This document shows, in pieces, positions 24,091-36,270 of a DNA stretch of 64,000 nucleotides. The notes below the pieces were generated by a model. The model was not told the DNA's origin and searched no databases. It was given only the letters and a program-made list of their open reading frames with translations. The translations under genes and the position numbers were made by a program. This stretch comes from Lama guanicoe (Eukaryota), in NCBI GenBank assembly GCA_013239625.1, contig MU054187.1:7017757-7081756 (forward strand), given 5' to 3'. Each line of letters begins with the position of its first letter. The stretch's first letter is position 1.

Positions 24091-26087
24091 GTTTACGGCT
24101 AACAGTTTCACGTTAGCTTTGTACTAAGACCAGGCTGAAGGATTTTGCTGCTCTCTGCCACGATCAAGTAAGAGGCTTGGAGTTTTATACCCACGGCTCT
24201 TATTTTATAGAAATGTTGTCACTGAGAAAGAGACGTATGAAAACACAGAGAGAGGTGGCAGGGTAGTAAATTGTCTGCGCTATGCAGATGGAATTTAGAA
24301 GAGTTGAGTGTGCACAATGTTTGAAACAATTACTGTGGGAGCAGAGAATACAACCATGTATCTCTGTGCTGTTGAAGGACTGTTAGGCACAAGGACCTGT
24401 CGTAGCGTTTCCATCTGTTTGTTTCTGTAGTCATTCAGAAGCCATTGTACACTCCCCCACATACAGCATTTTGGGTAATTTATTTTTTTTATCCTCTATC
24501 TGTTTGTCCCTATCTCTTGTTCCATAAATATTATCCTGCTTTTCTCTATAAAGCGATCACAGGGATTCTAAAATGAATCACCACAAACCAAGACAAAGGG
24601 AAACGAGACGGGAGGGAGCACACTGTGACTTTAGGACGGAAAGATGTGTGTTTTGACTGCAAATACAGAGGCAGCTTTGATTGGGGAAAACATAGGACAG
24701 GTACAAGAGCAATCAGAGGAAACGATTACGGATCCCCTGGGCAGAGGGGAAAAGGCAGCGCAGGAAGTGCTCATGCGGGGAGGAAACAGCTGGTTACAAA
24801 TGTTAGAGCATCAATCACGTGGGGAAGTGTACGTGGAGGTGAGCAGCGTGGGCACAGGCTCCTTGCCAGGACGGGAATGAGGGCAGGGATGGGCTTAGAG
24901 TTACATCCTTGTTGTCACACACGCACACACTCACACACTCCGGCATCTTCTGGAGTCCTTTGCCAAGGACAGGGACAACAGCACATCCTTTTCCCAGCGG
25001 CAGTGAGAAGTGTTTCCCCGTGATGGGATGAGTGCGCGCCGTGGGCCGTCTCTGTGCGGGGCCACTGCAGAGGCCACTGGGGAGGGAGCGACACTGGCTG
25101 TTACTCACCTCTACTTCACGGCTCTCACGGGGCACTGCGGCTCCCTCATCGCAGCCACAGAGCCCCGGAAACAATTCTCCCAACAGGACGGTGCTTATGA
25201 CTCTCTCTTTCATACGTCTGTGCAGTGAGCTTCCTTGGGGGAGAGAAACCGTATTTCTAGGAGGTAGGGGTGTTTGCTTCATTCTGAGAGGCGGCTTCTG
25301 GGAGGTGTAGGACCTTGGGAGTCCCACGGAGAGACAAAATGGGAAAGAGAGAGTCAGCAGTAGAGCAGAAACAGTAGTCGTGACCCCCATCGAAACATAA
25401 TGCAGGCTGGAAGTTGAGAAGGAGAGGAATGACATTCTGGGAACAAGGGCAGAGAAAGAGGCTCACCTATAAAATACAGGAGATTAAGGAAATATTAGAA
25501 AAAATATGTATATTAAATAGTTTCCAGAACCTAGTTGGTACTGAGGAGGCATACTAGCTTCTGTGAACTAAAACTAATACACACATAACAGGAGATTTTT
25601 TACAATAGAGACATTTCTAAAATAGAAAACGCGAAATAAAACCCCTCAACAACGTACTGTTTATTGCACTGACAAAGTCTGAAAATTGATAAACAGAAAG
25701 GATAAACAGAAGACTGTTCTATGTTTTATTGTACCTTGTGGATAATTTAATAAGAGAAAGGATGGGAAATAACCAGGCTTTTGTAACTATCTTATACCTA
25801 AGATGCTTCTGAGACCTGAAACAGAAATTGTTCTGTAGGAAAAAGATAGCTCATAAAATGAATCCATACACCGTGTGCTTTGGGGAAAGAAAAACGTGAC
25901 ACACATTACTCCCCGTGCGTGCTCGAGATCCAGAACCGAATGGCTGCAAATGTCGTGTGATCCTAGAAATGTGGCAAAGAGCTAACCTTCCAAAGTGTCT
26001 CCCCACCAGGCTTCCATGATTCCTGAAATTCCCACCTTTGGGCGCTGGCTCAATTAGGTACATAATGGTGAAGAAAAACAACAAAAA

Positions 26088-26355
26088 CTTGTATAGCTCT
26101 TACCATATGCCAGACACTATTCACCACACAGTACTTTAATCCTCTACAATGAACTCTGTAAGGTTTTTTATAAAAATAATAATAACTATGATTATTATTC
26201 CCATTTTACTGATGAGGAAACTGAGGAACAGAGAAGTTATGCAAATGGCAACTAGTAGAGCCAGGTATTCAGCTGGTTAGTGGTAGGGCCAGTATTTGAA
26301 CCAAGGTTATCCAGGCCCAGAGTCTGTGCATGCTTTTAACCGCCACCCTACGATG
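26088..26355 (-). mobile_element. MIR SINE
   Basis: 'cccattttactgatgaggaaactgaggaacagagaagtta', 'gttagtggtagggccagtatttgaaccaagg', 'ttttaaccgccac'. Confidence 0.85.
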
Positions 26356-26609
26356 CCAGGGTCGTAGGCTCCCGTGACCACGGCTGAAATGACTGTACGT
26401 TACCTTGGGAGGAAGTGAAGTCATGCAGTATGCTAATATTGAGTTATATTATATGGATGGCCCATCAAATTAAAAATTAACCTAAGACACATATGTGATA
26501 CTGGTTAAAAATACAAACACTGAAATCATTCAGACCTAATTTCCAATCCTGAATCCACCACTGGCAAGCTGTGTAACCTGCACTGAGCATAGGGAGCAGC
26601 GTGAAGTAC

Positions 26610-26699
26610 TTTTTTTTTTAAGTGGAAGTACTGGGGACGGAACCCAGGACCTCGTGCGCGCTAAGCGCAGGCTCTGCCGCTGAGCTCTGCCCTCACCCA
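26610..26699 (-). mobile_element. Vic-1-type camelid SINE (tRNA-Ala-derived)
   Basis: Minus strand reads GGGTGAGGGCAGAGCTCAGCGGCAGAGCCTGCGCTTAGCGCGCACGAGGTCCTGGGTTCCGTCCCCAGTACTTCCACTT-polyA: tRNA-Ala(AGC)-like body with degenerate A/B boxes, polyA tail, and flanking TGAAGTA repeats. Confidence 0.88.
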
Positions 26700-26796
26700 C
26701 CTTTTTTATGAAGTAAACTTCCAATCCAGGCTAGTGTTAGTATGATCATCTTTGCTATTAATCATCTTTACTGTTAATACAAGTAGCACTTTTCCA

Positions 26797-26990
26797 TAGT
26801 GCTTCTCAACCTGGTAGTCCTCTAAAATCCACGGGTAAGGTTTTAAAAATACTTATTTCCTGAGCCATGCACTGTATGAAATAAGCCAGGACATCAAAGG
26901 TGGAGAGAAGGAACGGGGGGGCTGCACGTCGGGGTTTTTGAAGAGCTCCCTGAATAATTCTGAGGCACCGCCGGGACTGAGAACGGTGTC
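26797..26990. mobile_element. MER5A/B-like hAT-Charlie MITE
   Basis: Termini 'tagtgcttctcaacct' and 'gggactgagaac'; internal 'tttttgaagagctccctgaataattctga'. Confidence 0.65.
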
Positions 26991-27419
26991 GCTCAGCTGA
27001 TGCTCTTACGATTGCAGAGCAGGGTGTTGGATGTGGCAGCGTGTGGGGCCACAGTGCTGGGCACCCAGAAGGTTCTCAGAGGACAGAACACCCTGCCGTG
27101 TACAGCACACAGCGTGGAGACCGACTGCACGGACCCGGCTCAGGCAGGTCTGGCTCAGGGGCGGCCTCCCCCGCACCCCCACCCCATCTCCTTTTCCAAT
27201 CCGCTGTTTTCCTTTTCTCCCCATGCATCCAGTGTAGTCTGCAGGTGCTGGCCTCGGGGCTCTAGGGGACCTAAGATGTCGTGTTGGACTTGACATGTTA
27301 CTTAGCTGATTGCTCTGAATCTGAGCAGTCTAATAATTAATCCTCAGATGTGAGTGTTTCCACAGGAACCGACCTAAATATTTATGGGTTCATTTCATTA
27401 TTGCTCTTACTAGAACTAT

Positions 27420-27620
27420 AATTTATTAACCACTTACCATCCCAGGTTCTACATATATGGTCTCATTTAATCCTCAAAGCATCACTGTGAGGTAGGTGTT
27501 GCCATCCAATTCCGCAGGTGAGGAAACTGGTGCAGAGAGAAATCACAATGCCTGGACTCACACGGCTTCCACGTGGTGAGGTCTGGATTTGAACCCGGGT
27601 CCTAGGTGCAAAGACCCCAC
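27420..27620 (-). mobile_element. MIR SINE
   Basis: 'tctcatttaatcctca...gtgaggtaggtgtt...caggtgaggaaactgg...ggatttgaacccggg'. Confidence 0.8.
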
Positions 27621-28944
27621 CCTGTCCTCCGTGTTGGCATTGTCGTGGATGGACATCGTTTGTCACCTTTGGGACTTGCCGCACATTGTTCTCAGTCTTG
27701 AGAATAACACATCAGTTGGGGGGCATTGAGGAGAAGGGAGTGCTGAATAGGGGCTAAGATGGTTCTGGAAAAACTGGATACACTCGACAGGAACCTTATT
27801 CAAAGGTGAGGAAGGGAGGGGACAGAATGTGCCTGTTGTCTCTGATCCTAGAGCAATGACTCTAGGAGAAGAGCTAGGAGTATACTATTCCCCAGGGTCC
27901 AGAGTAAACTTTCAGAAGCAAATCAGCCTTAGTTATTAAATGTTATTTCGCAAGTTTCGTTTGCCGTGTTGGTCAGAGTATTTCTGTCCCAGTCACCCTC
28001 AGTGGAATTCTCAGTAACAAAGAAACAAGGGAGAAAGGCAAAGACGAAGGAACGACAGAAGACAATGAGAAAAGCCCTTGTATCTTCCCAGAATATTCTA
28101 GAATTTAGCTTGGTTTTCTTTTGAGTCAAAGATTTTTTTTTTTTAAACATCTCTTGGTTTTCATAGAACATCTCTCTTCACAGGAATTTAAGTGGGAATT
28201 CAAATCACTCTTTGTTCTCCATGTGATCATTTTTTTTTTCAAGATGAAGTTAGGGAAGAAGTCATTAAATTCTCATTCCTGTTTGGACACAGAAATTAGA
28301 GGACAGACTTGGGATTTCCTGAAGTCCCCCAGGAAAAGTCAGCCTAAGACACTTTCAAAACAGTCCCAGAGGAAGGGTGCCTCGGGGCTTGTTAAGCAAA
28401 GCCCTGCGTTTCTATTTAAAGGACAGCTCTGGACTGTACCCAGAAAAACCATTCCTTGAGTAACTTTGGGGCTTTCTTTGAAGCCAGACACCAAAGTCCT
28501 GGACTTCTGGAGTCCACTGAATAGTGATGGGTCGTAGACTGGGTGGGGGGTGGGCAGCAATGAAGGCAGGGGGCGCTGCTTCTCGGCGTCTGTCAAATGC
28601 AGAATTGACAGAGACAAAACTGAGGAATGATCAGAATGGAGTAATTCCCCAGGGATCCGCAGGAAAGGGGACTCAGACAGAGAAGTCACCAATCCCAAGA
28701 AAACACGAACAGCCCAGCCTTCCCAGACTGACTGTTACTGGAAGAGCTGGATGCCTGGGCGTAGTCATTTAAAAACCCAGCATCTCTCATGCTGCTCATA
28801 TTTATAATCATGATCTCATTGCCAGTTCATACTGATTGATTTTTTTGACAGGTTGATGCTAAGTTTTTCCTTGACTGAGATATTCATATTCACTTCTGAT
28901 TTCTTGTAACCAAGGATGTTATTAACTGTGCAAAATTTCCTCCT

Positions 28945-29345
28945 CTTTCCACCCTCTTCTCACACGTGATGCTCCAGCAGCACCTAAGGTCTTGGAAGTC
29001 CTTGCACAGACGTACGACTGCTGACCTCCCTGCACCTCACTTTCCCTCCGCCCTTTTGCTAGCCACCTCTTACTCATCCATTAAGACTCTTCTCAGGTGG
29101 CACTTTCTCTAAGGAGACCCCAAGTTGGGTGATGTGTTCATCCCTTATAGACACAAGAATTCCTGTGCAAGACTCTGTCGTTGGACTTATAACCCATGAT
29201 GTATTAACTGTCCATTTATTTCTGCCACCCCGACTCGAACTCTGAGCTGTTCGAGAGCCCATCTCTAAACTCCCACTAACTAGCACAGAGGCAGTTTCAT
29301 GGTAGCATTTGCTAAATGTCCATTGATTTGATAATTGATGCAATA
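28945..29345 (+). mobile_element. L2 LINE 3' end
   Basis: 'tactcatccattaagactcttctcagg', 'ctctgagctgttcgagagc', 'ctagcacagaggcagtttcatggtagcatttgctaaatgt'. Confidence 0.6.
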
Positions 29346-29599
29346 AAAAAAAAAGAATGAAAGGGGGTAGGATGGCTTTGCCAAAGTTTGTCTAGAACTT
29401 CATAGAAATAACCAAAGCTGCAAGTTGAATGCATTGCCTTCTTATGACTTGATAGAATACAAGATACTAGGTCCACCAACTAGAGAAATCATCATAGGCT
29501 TTGGGATACAAGTAAACACTGAGCGTGATAAAATCCTATGTTAATCAGAGAATCCCCAGAGTGGATGTGGAGGAACATAACTATGTCCTACGGAGCTGC

Positions 29600-30230
29600 A
29601 GGACTGAGGATGGGCTGAAGGGACGAGACTGCAGAGCTGGAGAGATCACTGAGGGGTCTGTAGCATTTATCTGGGGAGAAGAGACTAAAATCTAAACAAG
29701 GCAATGGCCCTGGGGAAAGAGAAGAGTCGATGGATTAGAGAGTGATTCTGGAGTTTGACTTTCAAGATTTAATGACAGATCAGACATGAAGCCTAAAGGG
29801 AAGTGTTTTAGCTTGAGTGAGCAGGCGATTGATAATGCATTAACTGATTTATGAAATATGGGTAGGGGGCAGGGCTGAATGATGACAATAAGTCAATGTT
29901 AATTAGGAAAGAGTTGTAGGCTTTTTAGCTGAAAATGTGCAGTGCAGATGAAAGTGTCAGCTTAAGAGTGAGATCAGGAATGGAGACGAAAGGAAATTTG
30001 GGAAATTGTTGGTATGTGGTTAAAGCTAGGAGACAGAATTAAATCACACAGGACAAGCAAAGCAGAAAGAAAAAATGCTGAGGACATAGGGACACCATCA
30101 TTTAAGAGGCAAAATAAAATGAGCCAGCAAAGGAGACTGAGAAAGTTGGAGAAGTGGAGACTCAGCTGAGATGGATAAAGTGATGCTATGAGAGAAGAGA
30201 GTTCCAGGAAGGGGAGGTAGACATTGGAGT
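29600..30230 (-). mobile_element. L2 LINE fragment
   Basis: Purine-rich antisense L2 phrases ('ggattagagagtgattctggag', 'gacaccatcatttaagagg', 'gagccagcaaaggagactgagaa'). Confidence 0.7.
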
Positions 30231-30248
30231 CAAGAAGAAAGGGAACCT

Positions 30249-30299
30249 CACAACCTAAATGTGAGCTTGATGTCCATATGACTGGACAGAGAAGATGTG

Positions 30300-30346
<47 letters not shown>

Positions 30347-30825
30347 TGTGTGTGGGTGTGTAGTGGAATACTACTCGGCCATAAAAAAGAATGAAATATT
30401 GCCATTTGTAGCAAGATGAATGGACTTAGAGATTATCATATTGAGTGATGTAAGTCTGACAGAGAAAGACATATATCATATATCACTTATATATGGAATC
30501 TAAAAAAATGGTACAGATTCTATTTACAAACCAAAAACAAACTCACAGACATAGAAAACAAACTATAGTTACCAAAGGGGAAAGGGTGGGGAGGGATAAA
30601 TTAGGGGTTAGGGATCAACAGATACACATCACTATATGTAAAATAGATCAACAGGACCTACTGTACAGCACAGGGAACTATATTCGACTTCTTGTAATAA
30701 CATATAATGGAAAAGAATCTGAAAAAAATACATATATGTATGTAAATGTATAACTGAATCACTTTGCTGTACACCTGAAACAAACATTGTAAATCAACTC
30801 CACTTCAGTAAAAAATTTTTTAAAA
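30249..30825 (+). mobile_element. 5'-truncated cetartiodactyl-type L1 (end of ORF2 + 3'UTR)
   Basis: 'ggaatactactcggccataaaaaagaatgaaatattgccatttgtagc', 'ctcacagacatagaaaacaaact', 'ctgtacagcacagggaactatatt', 'gaatcactttgctgtacacctgaaac'. 17-bp TSD AAGAAGAAAGGGAACCT (30232-30248) / AAGAAAAAAGAGAACCT (30826-30842). Confidence 0.93.
30301..30361. repeat. (TG)n microsatellite inside the L1
   Basis: About 30 GT units with two interruptions. Confidence 0.97.
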
Positions 30826-32899
30826 AAGAAAAAAGAGAACCTGGATAGGTGAGAATCTGTCTCTTCAAAGATGAACAGTCATATAAGGAGTTAATTCATT
30901 GCATCCTTGGCTCGGGGTCATATGGTTTCCTTCTTTCTTTCTTCCTCTTCTTATTCCCATTCTTCTCCTCCTCCTTCTTTTAAATTTTTCTTTGTGTAAA
31001 TTCTTTCATCTGAATATTTGGTGCTCAGACAGTTAATGTATTGAATACCCAGACCATCCCCTCATGGTAATTTGAAATATTGCTCAAATGAAACTTGGAA
31101 GCAGGATTCATCTCCGGTACCGCTCACCCGAAGCTGAGCAGGCTGTCTTGCTCACCTGCATTTGATTTTGGACGTGGTATCTTTGACCCCAGGCTATGTG
31201 AAAAAGTAATATCCTTTATTACAGCTTCACAAACACTCATAGAGAAAACTTTGGACACACACCATGGATTGGAAAAGTGGGAAGGACATTATTAATCTTC
31301 CCGGCGCAGTTTTCCTGCTCTTACTACTGTTTGTGATTGTCTCAAGGCTCAGTAAACGGTGATTGGTGACTTCACTCTGCGTCATCTTTCTGAGGAGAGG
31401 CTGGACGGACCGGGATGGGGAGGGGGGCCCTGTACAGTAGGGTAGATGACAGTTTTGGAAGTTGCCTCGCTGCTATGTAGGTATCTGGTGACTCCACACA
31501 ATGGAGGCAGCAGGTTGACACAATCGATCATGTCATTTCAGCCCAGCCCAACTCTCACAAGCATGGACACCTCTGACACCTGTACTTTCTTTCTTTCAAT
31601 TGACCAATAACTGGAACACCCAGTCCCTAGACCAGGCTCGATCAGAGAATTCACCATTGTCAGAATAAAGGCTGAAGCACTGAAAATATCACCGAAGGTC
31701 CTAATTAGCCTCACTGCACTTCGCGCACAGCTCAGGAGGTCACTGGCCGTGGGGCACTGATGAGCTGGAGAGGGCAGAGCAGGTTACTGACATGCTGTGC
31801 TTGGTGTCCAAAATGGCACTGGTTGTGCTAAGACACTGAGAGAATCTGTGCTGCCTTGGTAATCATCAAAAACCCAGAATTCTGGGGGTTGCTCAGTGAA
31901 AAAAGGCCAGCTGTGCAGGGCTCACGGATGGCAGAGTTTGGGAGAGTCCTGAGGAAGTGCCTCACGCTGAGGCAAAGAGATAAAGGCAATGTGGACGTGG
32001 ACGTCTGCTGGGAGGGAGGCACTGGTTTCTAAAATGACAGTTCACTCTCCTTTTTTTATATGACTGTCAAGGAGGTGGTACAGTTTTAGAGTCAAAGGCA
32101 GCATTCCGTGTTGTAATTCAAACAATGCTGTTACTGTAAAGAGACGGTTGAATTTCCAAGTGGGCTCAGTGACTACTCAACTGCCTAATGTTTGAGTGAT
32201 GCACTCCTTTCAGGTTTTTTTTCCAAGAGTTTTGAATATCTGCATTGTCAAATAAGATCGCAAAATACACACGACAATTTAACAAATTATGACTCGATAA
32301 AGGGAGGATTATTCTGAAGCTCTTAATACTAATGTCATGCAACCCCATTATCACCACACATCTTGTAAGCCTGTTACAATCTTTTGAAACATGCCCACTG
32401 TCATTCTTTATTTGCTGTGTTTAGGCTGGTTCCATTGCCAGCTACAGATTGCATGTGCGAATAGAGTTTGCGGGCATACACCAGAAGAATGACAAACATG
32501 TGTACATCTGTTACGGAGACTGGATGTGGTCCTTCAGTGTGAGAACTTCACTGTTGCAGCTTATGACATTTTCAGGCAGGCAGCTGGACCACTGGGGAGA
32601 TGGATTGGTCCATTTCATCACTCGCAATGTTTTACCTTAAAATCTAATTTTCATTTTTATGAGCTTCAGCATTGTACCTGTAAACTCAGATTTATAAAGT
32701 TAGCTCCCTTTGGCTGAATGGAATCCAGTGCTGCAGTAAATTTGGCAACAGCCCCACCAAGTTTTAGCCGAACCTCCCCATATCCCAGAAACACCACCTC
32801 CTCACCTGCTTTTGCTCACTCACCCACAGAGAACGTCTGAGTGTTCTGGAAACATTTCAGACTCTGCCTTATCTTGGTGTCACTGTTCATACTGATTCT

Positions 32900-33130
32900 G
32901 ATCCATCCTTCATGGGTGAGCTAACTGTCAGCTTCCCTGGGATCGCACAGCACCTGTACCCTCCTTTATCGTGATGTTTGCCTTATTGTTTTGTATACGT
33001 GTCCCATTGCCCCACCACAGAAGACAACAAATTCCTCGAGAGCAGACTTTTTTCTTTTTCATCTCTACTATTGCCGATCTGAAAGGGTAGCCCACCAGTC
33101 AATATTTACTATGAATGAATGAATAAGTGA
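32900..33130 (+). mobile_element. L2 3' end
   Basis: 'aattcctcgagagcagac...tcatctcta...tcaatatttactatgaatgaatgaat'. Confidence 0.6.
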
Positions 33131-33384
33131 GGTGATGACTAATACATGTTGCTGTTTCCTGGGAATCTGATTTCCTTTTCGTCCCGTGGAAGGCTTGAGG
33201 TGAAAGTTATCCGTGTGTAGGCTTCTTGTGAGCCTGGAATAATTGGATTGGTAGAGGGAGCTGAATACCTGAAGGGGCTGCTACTGATAGAAGAAAAAGA
33301 ATAACAGACTAGCGTGAGCAAGACAAAATCATTGTAAAGTTTGAGATTTTGAGGATTATCTATGTGTAAGGCTGCATTCATTTG

Positions 33385-33605
33385 AGAAGTAGTCGGTGGG
33401 GTTGAGAACTGAGAGCCTGGAGTGAGTTAGACCTTGTTCAAACTGTGCATCTGCTGCTTAGCAGCTGTGTCTCCTTACTTTCCCTCAAACTGTCCCTGCC
33501 ACAGAAGTTTCCTTGGAATATTAATGATATTTTATGTTAAAATATTCTAGCAGAATGGCAGACAGGCTAAGAGTTCGATACATTATCACTACTTTTATTA
33601 TTATT
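33385..33605 (+). mobile_element. MIR SINE
   Basis: 'gttgagaactgagagcctggagtgagttagaccttgttcaaact...cttagcagctgtgt...tagcagaatggcagacag', followed by a (TTA)n tail. Confidence 0.65.
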
Positions 33606-34249
33606 ATTATTTTTACTAGTATCACTTATTATATGACTTAAACATCAATTTATTGGATTTGAAAATTTCAATGCTAAACATACATTTGTCTAAGTTTTGA
33701 ATTATGCATTCATAGCATTAAATTTAATATATGCACCCTGTAATCTTTAAAATTATGTAAACCTTTTAATTATAGAAACATATTAGCCTCATCAGTTATC
33801 TGTTACCTGTTAGGCAGGCAGGTGTTTGAGAGTGAATTAATACTTGAAGGGTCTGTGAAAGGTCTCTGTAGGTTCCCCTGTGCCTTGCTTTTAATATCTG
33901 AATAATGGAGGTTTTTTTATTTTTTTTTTAATCAAATGCTATGAGAGGTAGGTTCTAGGTATAACAAGTTTGGAAAATGAAGACAAAAATATTTAGTGTG
34001 TTCAAAAGAGCTGTGAGTTTGCATTTGATTTTAATCATGTTCTTTGCTCATAACAAATATCAATTAGGCAGTCAATAAGCCAAGTACATGCTACATTGAA
34101 TTTAAAATAACTTATAATTATCGTCTGAGACAGAACTTTCCTACCTTGCAAATTGAAATTCTCACATGACCACTTCATTAATATTGCCTGATGCCTTTGG
34201 TGAATACCTGGAGCAGTGATCTACATCAGGATGTGCTGCCAAGAGTAGC

Positions 34250-34450
34250 CCACGGCGCCAACAGTCTGGCTTCAGGTCCAAGTCCATCATTTCCTTGTGT
34301 GACCCTAGATAAATTCACGTTATCTGAGCCTCAGTTTTCTCTCTTATAAATTGGGCACAATAAACTCTAATCCAATTTCTCAGTGTTATTTTGAGGATCA
34401 GATGTTAAGCAAGTTGTAAACATGTATAGTAGTTTAGTAAATATTATTTA
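34250..34450 (+). mobile_element. MIR SINE
   Basis: 'tgtgtgaccctagataaattcac...ctgagcctcagttttctctcttataaattggg...ttgaggatcagatg'. Confidence 0.75.
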
Positions 34451-34476
34451 TTCATATTAAAAGTGGTAATAACTAC

Positions 34477-34862
34477 TGTGATAGTCATTTCCAGGTGTCA
34501 GTTTGGCAAGGTCCAGTCCCTAGTAATTCAATCACTAATCTTGGTGTTGCTGTGTGGGTGTTTTGTAGATGCGATTAAAGTTCATAATCAGTTGACTTTA
34601 TGCAAGAGAGATTACTTTAGATAACCTCAGTGAGCCTTATTTGATTAGTTGAAAGCCCTCAAAAATAGAGCTTGGCTTCCCTAAGAGAAGAAATTCCACT
34701 TGTACCCCTGCCTGTCCTTGGATTCTAATCTGCCCGTCATGGTGGCCTGTCCTAATGATTTCAGATTTGTATATCTGGGCCTCACAGCCATATTATAAGC
34801 CAGATCCTTGCACTAAATCTCCTAATATAGTATCTCTTCCTGGTTCTACTTCTCTAGTTGAT
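34477..34862 (+). mobile_element. MLT2 (ERVL) solo LTR, MLT2C/D-like
   Basis: Starts TGTGATAGT...GTGTCAGTTTGGC; 'aatcttggtgttgctgtg...ttttgtagatg...aatcagttgacttta', 'ctggttctacttctct'. Confidence 0.85.
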
Positions 34863-36077
34863 GCAGTAGCAATTTTCATGACGATCCTCTTTGAGAGGAA
34901 GCAATGATAAGAAATACAGGAGACAATAAGAGATGAAGCAATCACATTATGTATTTCAGGGATGCAGCATGACTAATAGAAACCTTCTCCCAGAAGGTTG
35001 GGTGAGAAAGAGGGCCAGGGGAAGTGGAGTCTCCTTTGATCCTGGGGTTTTCTTCTTGTCTTACCAGGTGCTGTATATTTGGCCCATGCTCTGCCGTATT
35101 AAATTGTTTTCTTCTTTATATCAGAGCTAACGTAATAATCTCAAGATGTTACTCAACTCTCTCTGCAGTTGCTCACATTTTAGTCTGAACACAGACCTTC
35201 CAGCTATTGTTTGTTGCAGCAGTTAGTTCAAATGTTCTGACTTGTTACTTTACAAATCTGTGAAAATGTCGGAAGTACAATTTTCTACCAATTTTGCAAT
35301 TATGCTTTTTGCAGCTGCATGTGAATAACAGAAAATGCTATCAGTAATTTAATTGGTAGCAATTTTGGAGGGAAAGAGCAACGTCTGGTCTGAGGTCTAC
35401 TTGGAAATCTCTGCCTCCATTATCAGAAGCCCTTTATTCTGTGGTTACTTCCTGTCTGTCACTATCCATTATCACATTTTGCTACAGCAGCTGTAGTTAA
35501 AACTGTTTGCCTGCTGCACTGCAGTTCTTCTGTAACTGTTTCATGCCCGATTATGCATAAGTTATGTAAATCCATGTTAAATCATTTTGAATAGATTTGA
35601 TAATAAGATTCGATAATATTTGGTAATAATAATTCAATAATTAAGAATAGATTTGAATGAGGGATTGACACTAGTGAAAAAAGAGAGTTGTTATGTAGGC
35701 AGAAAAATAGACACTATGCCAGCCAGAGGAAAGGAGATGTATATAGCTAAGAACTAGAAATAAATAAATGAGCAGAGAGTATTAATTAAATGTTAAAATC
35801 AGCCCTCTGAGAATTACGTAGTAGGTACATCTCTTTAGTGCTAAACTGCTTTTTTCAATAAATTCATTTGATCAATGATGCAAGTGTAATGGGGGATACA
35901 AAAGCAGACCTGCTGTCAGCTCGTGGGGGTTAGTTAAACAGAGAATGTATAAAATTGATTACAAATGAACTCTTGTGGGACAGGAAGGACTTTAGAATTT
36001 TTTTTAAATACATAAAAAAGAAAGAAAATTGAACTATAGAGAGTTAACTGAAGCACCCAAAGTATAGATATTTTTAC

Positions 36078-36270
36078 TATCATTTATTGACTTATCTTGT
36101 ACTGTGCTAAGCTATTTATTCACATTACTTAATATCTCAACAGCTCTGTGAACTAAGAGTCCTAACTTACAGATAAGAGAATTGAGATTCATAAGGGTGA
36201 GGTAGTTTGCTCAAGGTCACACAGCTAATAAGTTAACCCGAGGGCTGAGTCCCAAGCCTGCTCCTTCCCA
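36078..36270 (-). mobile_element. MIR SINE
   Basis: 'catttattga...actgtgctaagc...ttacagataagagaattgagattc...tttgctcaaggtcacacagctaataagt'. Confidence 0.8.

Noticed and set aside
24815..25435. 206-aa ORF and overlapping ORFs in a GC-rich patch
   Set aside because: No recognisable protein; multiple frames are open because of local GC richness.
26622..26697. tRNA-Ala(AGC)-like sequence
   Set aside because: PolyA tail, flanking direct repeats and mutated A/B boxes mark it as a tRNA-derived SINE, not a tRNA gene.
30577..30595. G-quadruplex motif
   Set aside because: Standard G-rich tract of L1 3'UTRs; not locus-specific.
29974..30753. ORFs 29974-30414 (HT repeat) and 30493-30753
   Set aside because: Derived from the (TG)n repeat and the L1 3' end/L2 sequence.
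32667..32678. CAGCATTGTAC, resembling part of miR-103/107
   Set aside because: Only an 11-nt match and no pre-miRNA hairpin.
35589..35656. 12-bp direct repeat GAATAGATTTGA around an AT-rich spacer; also the 13-bp tandem duplication at 17574-17599
   Set aside because: Only two copies each; ordinary slippage duplications, not an array.
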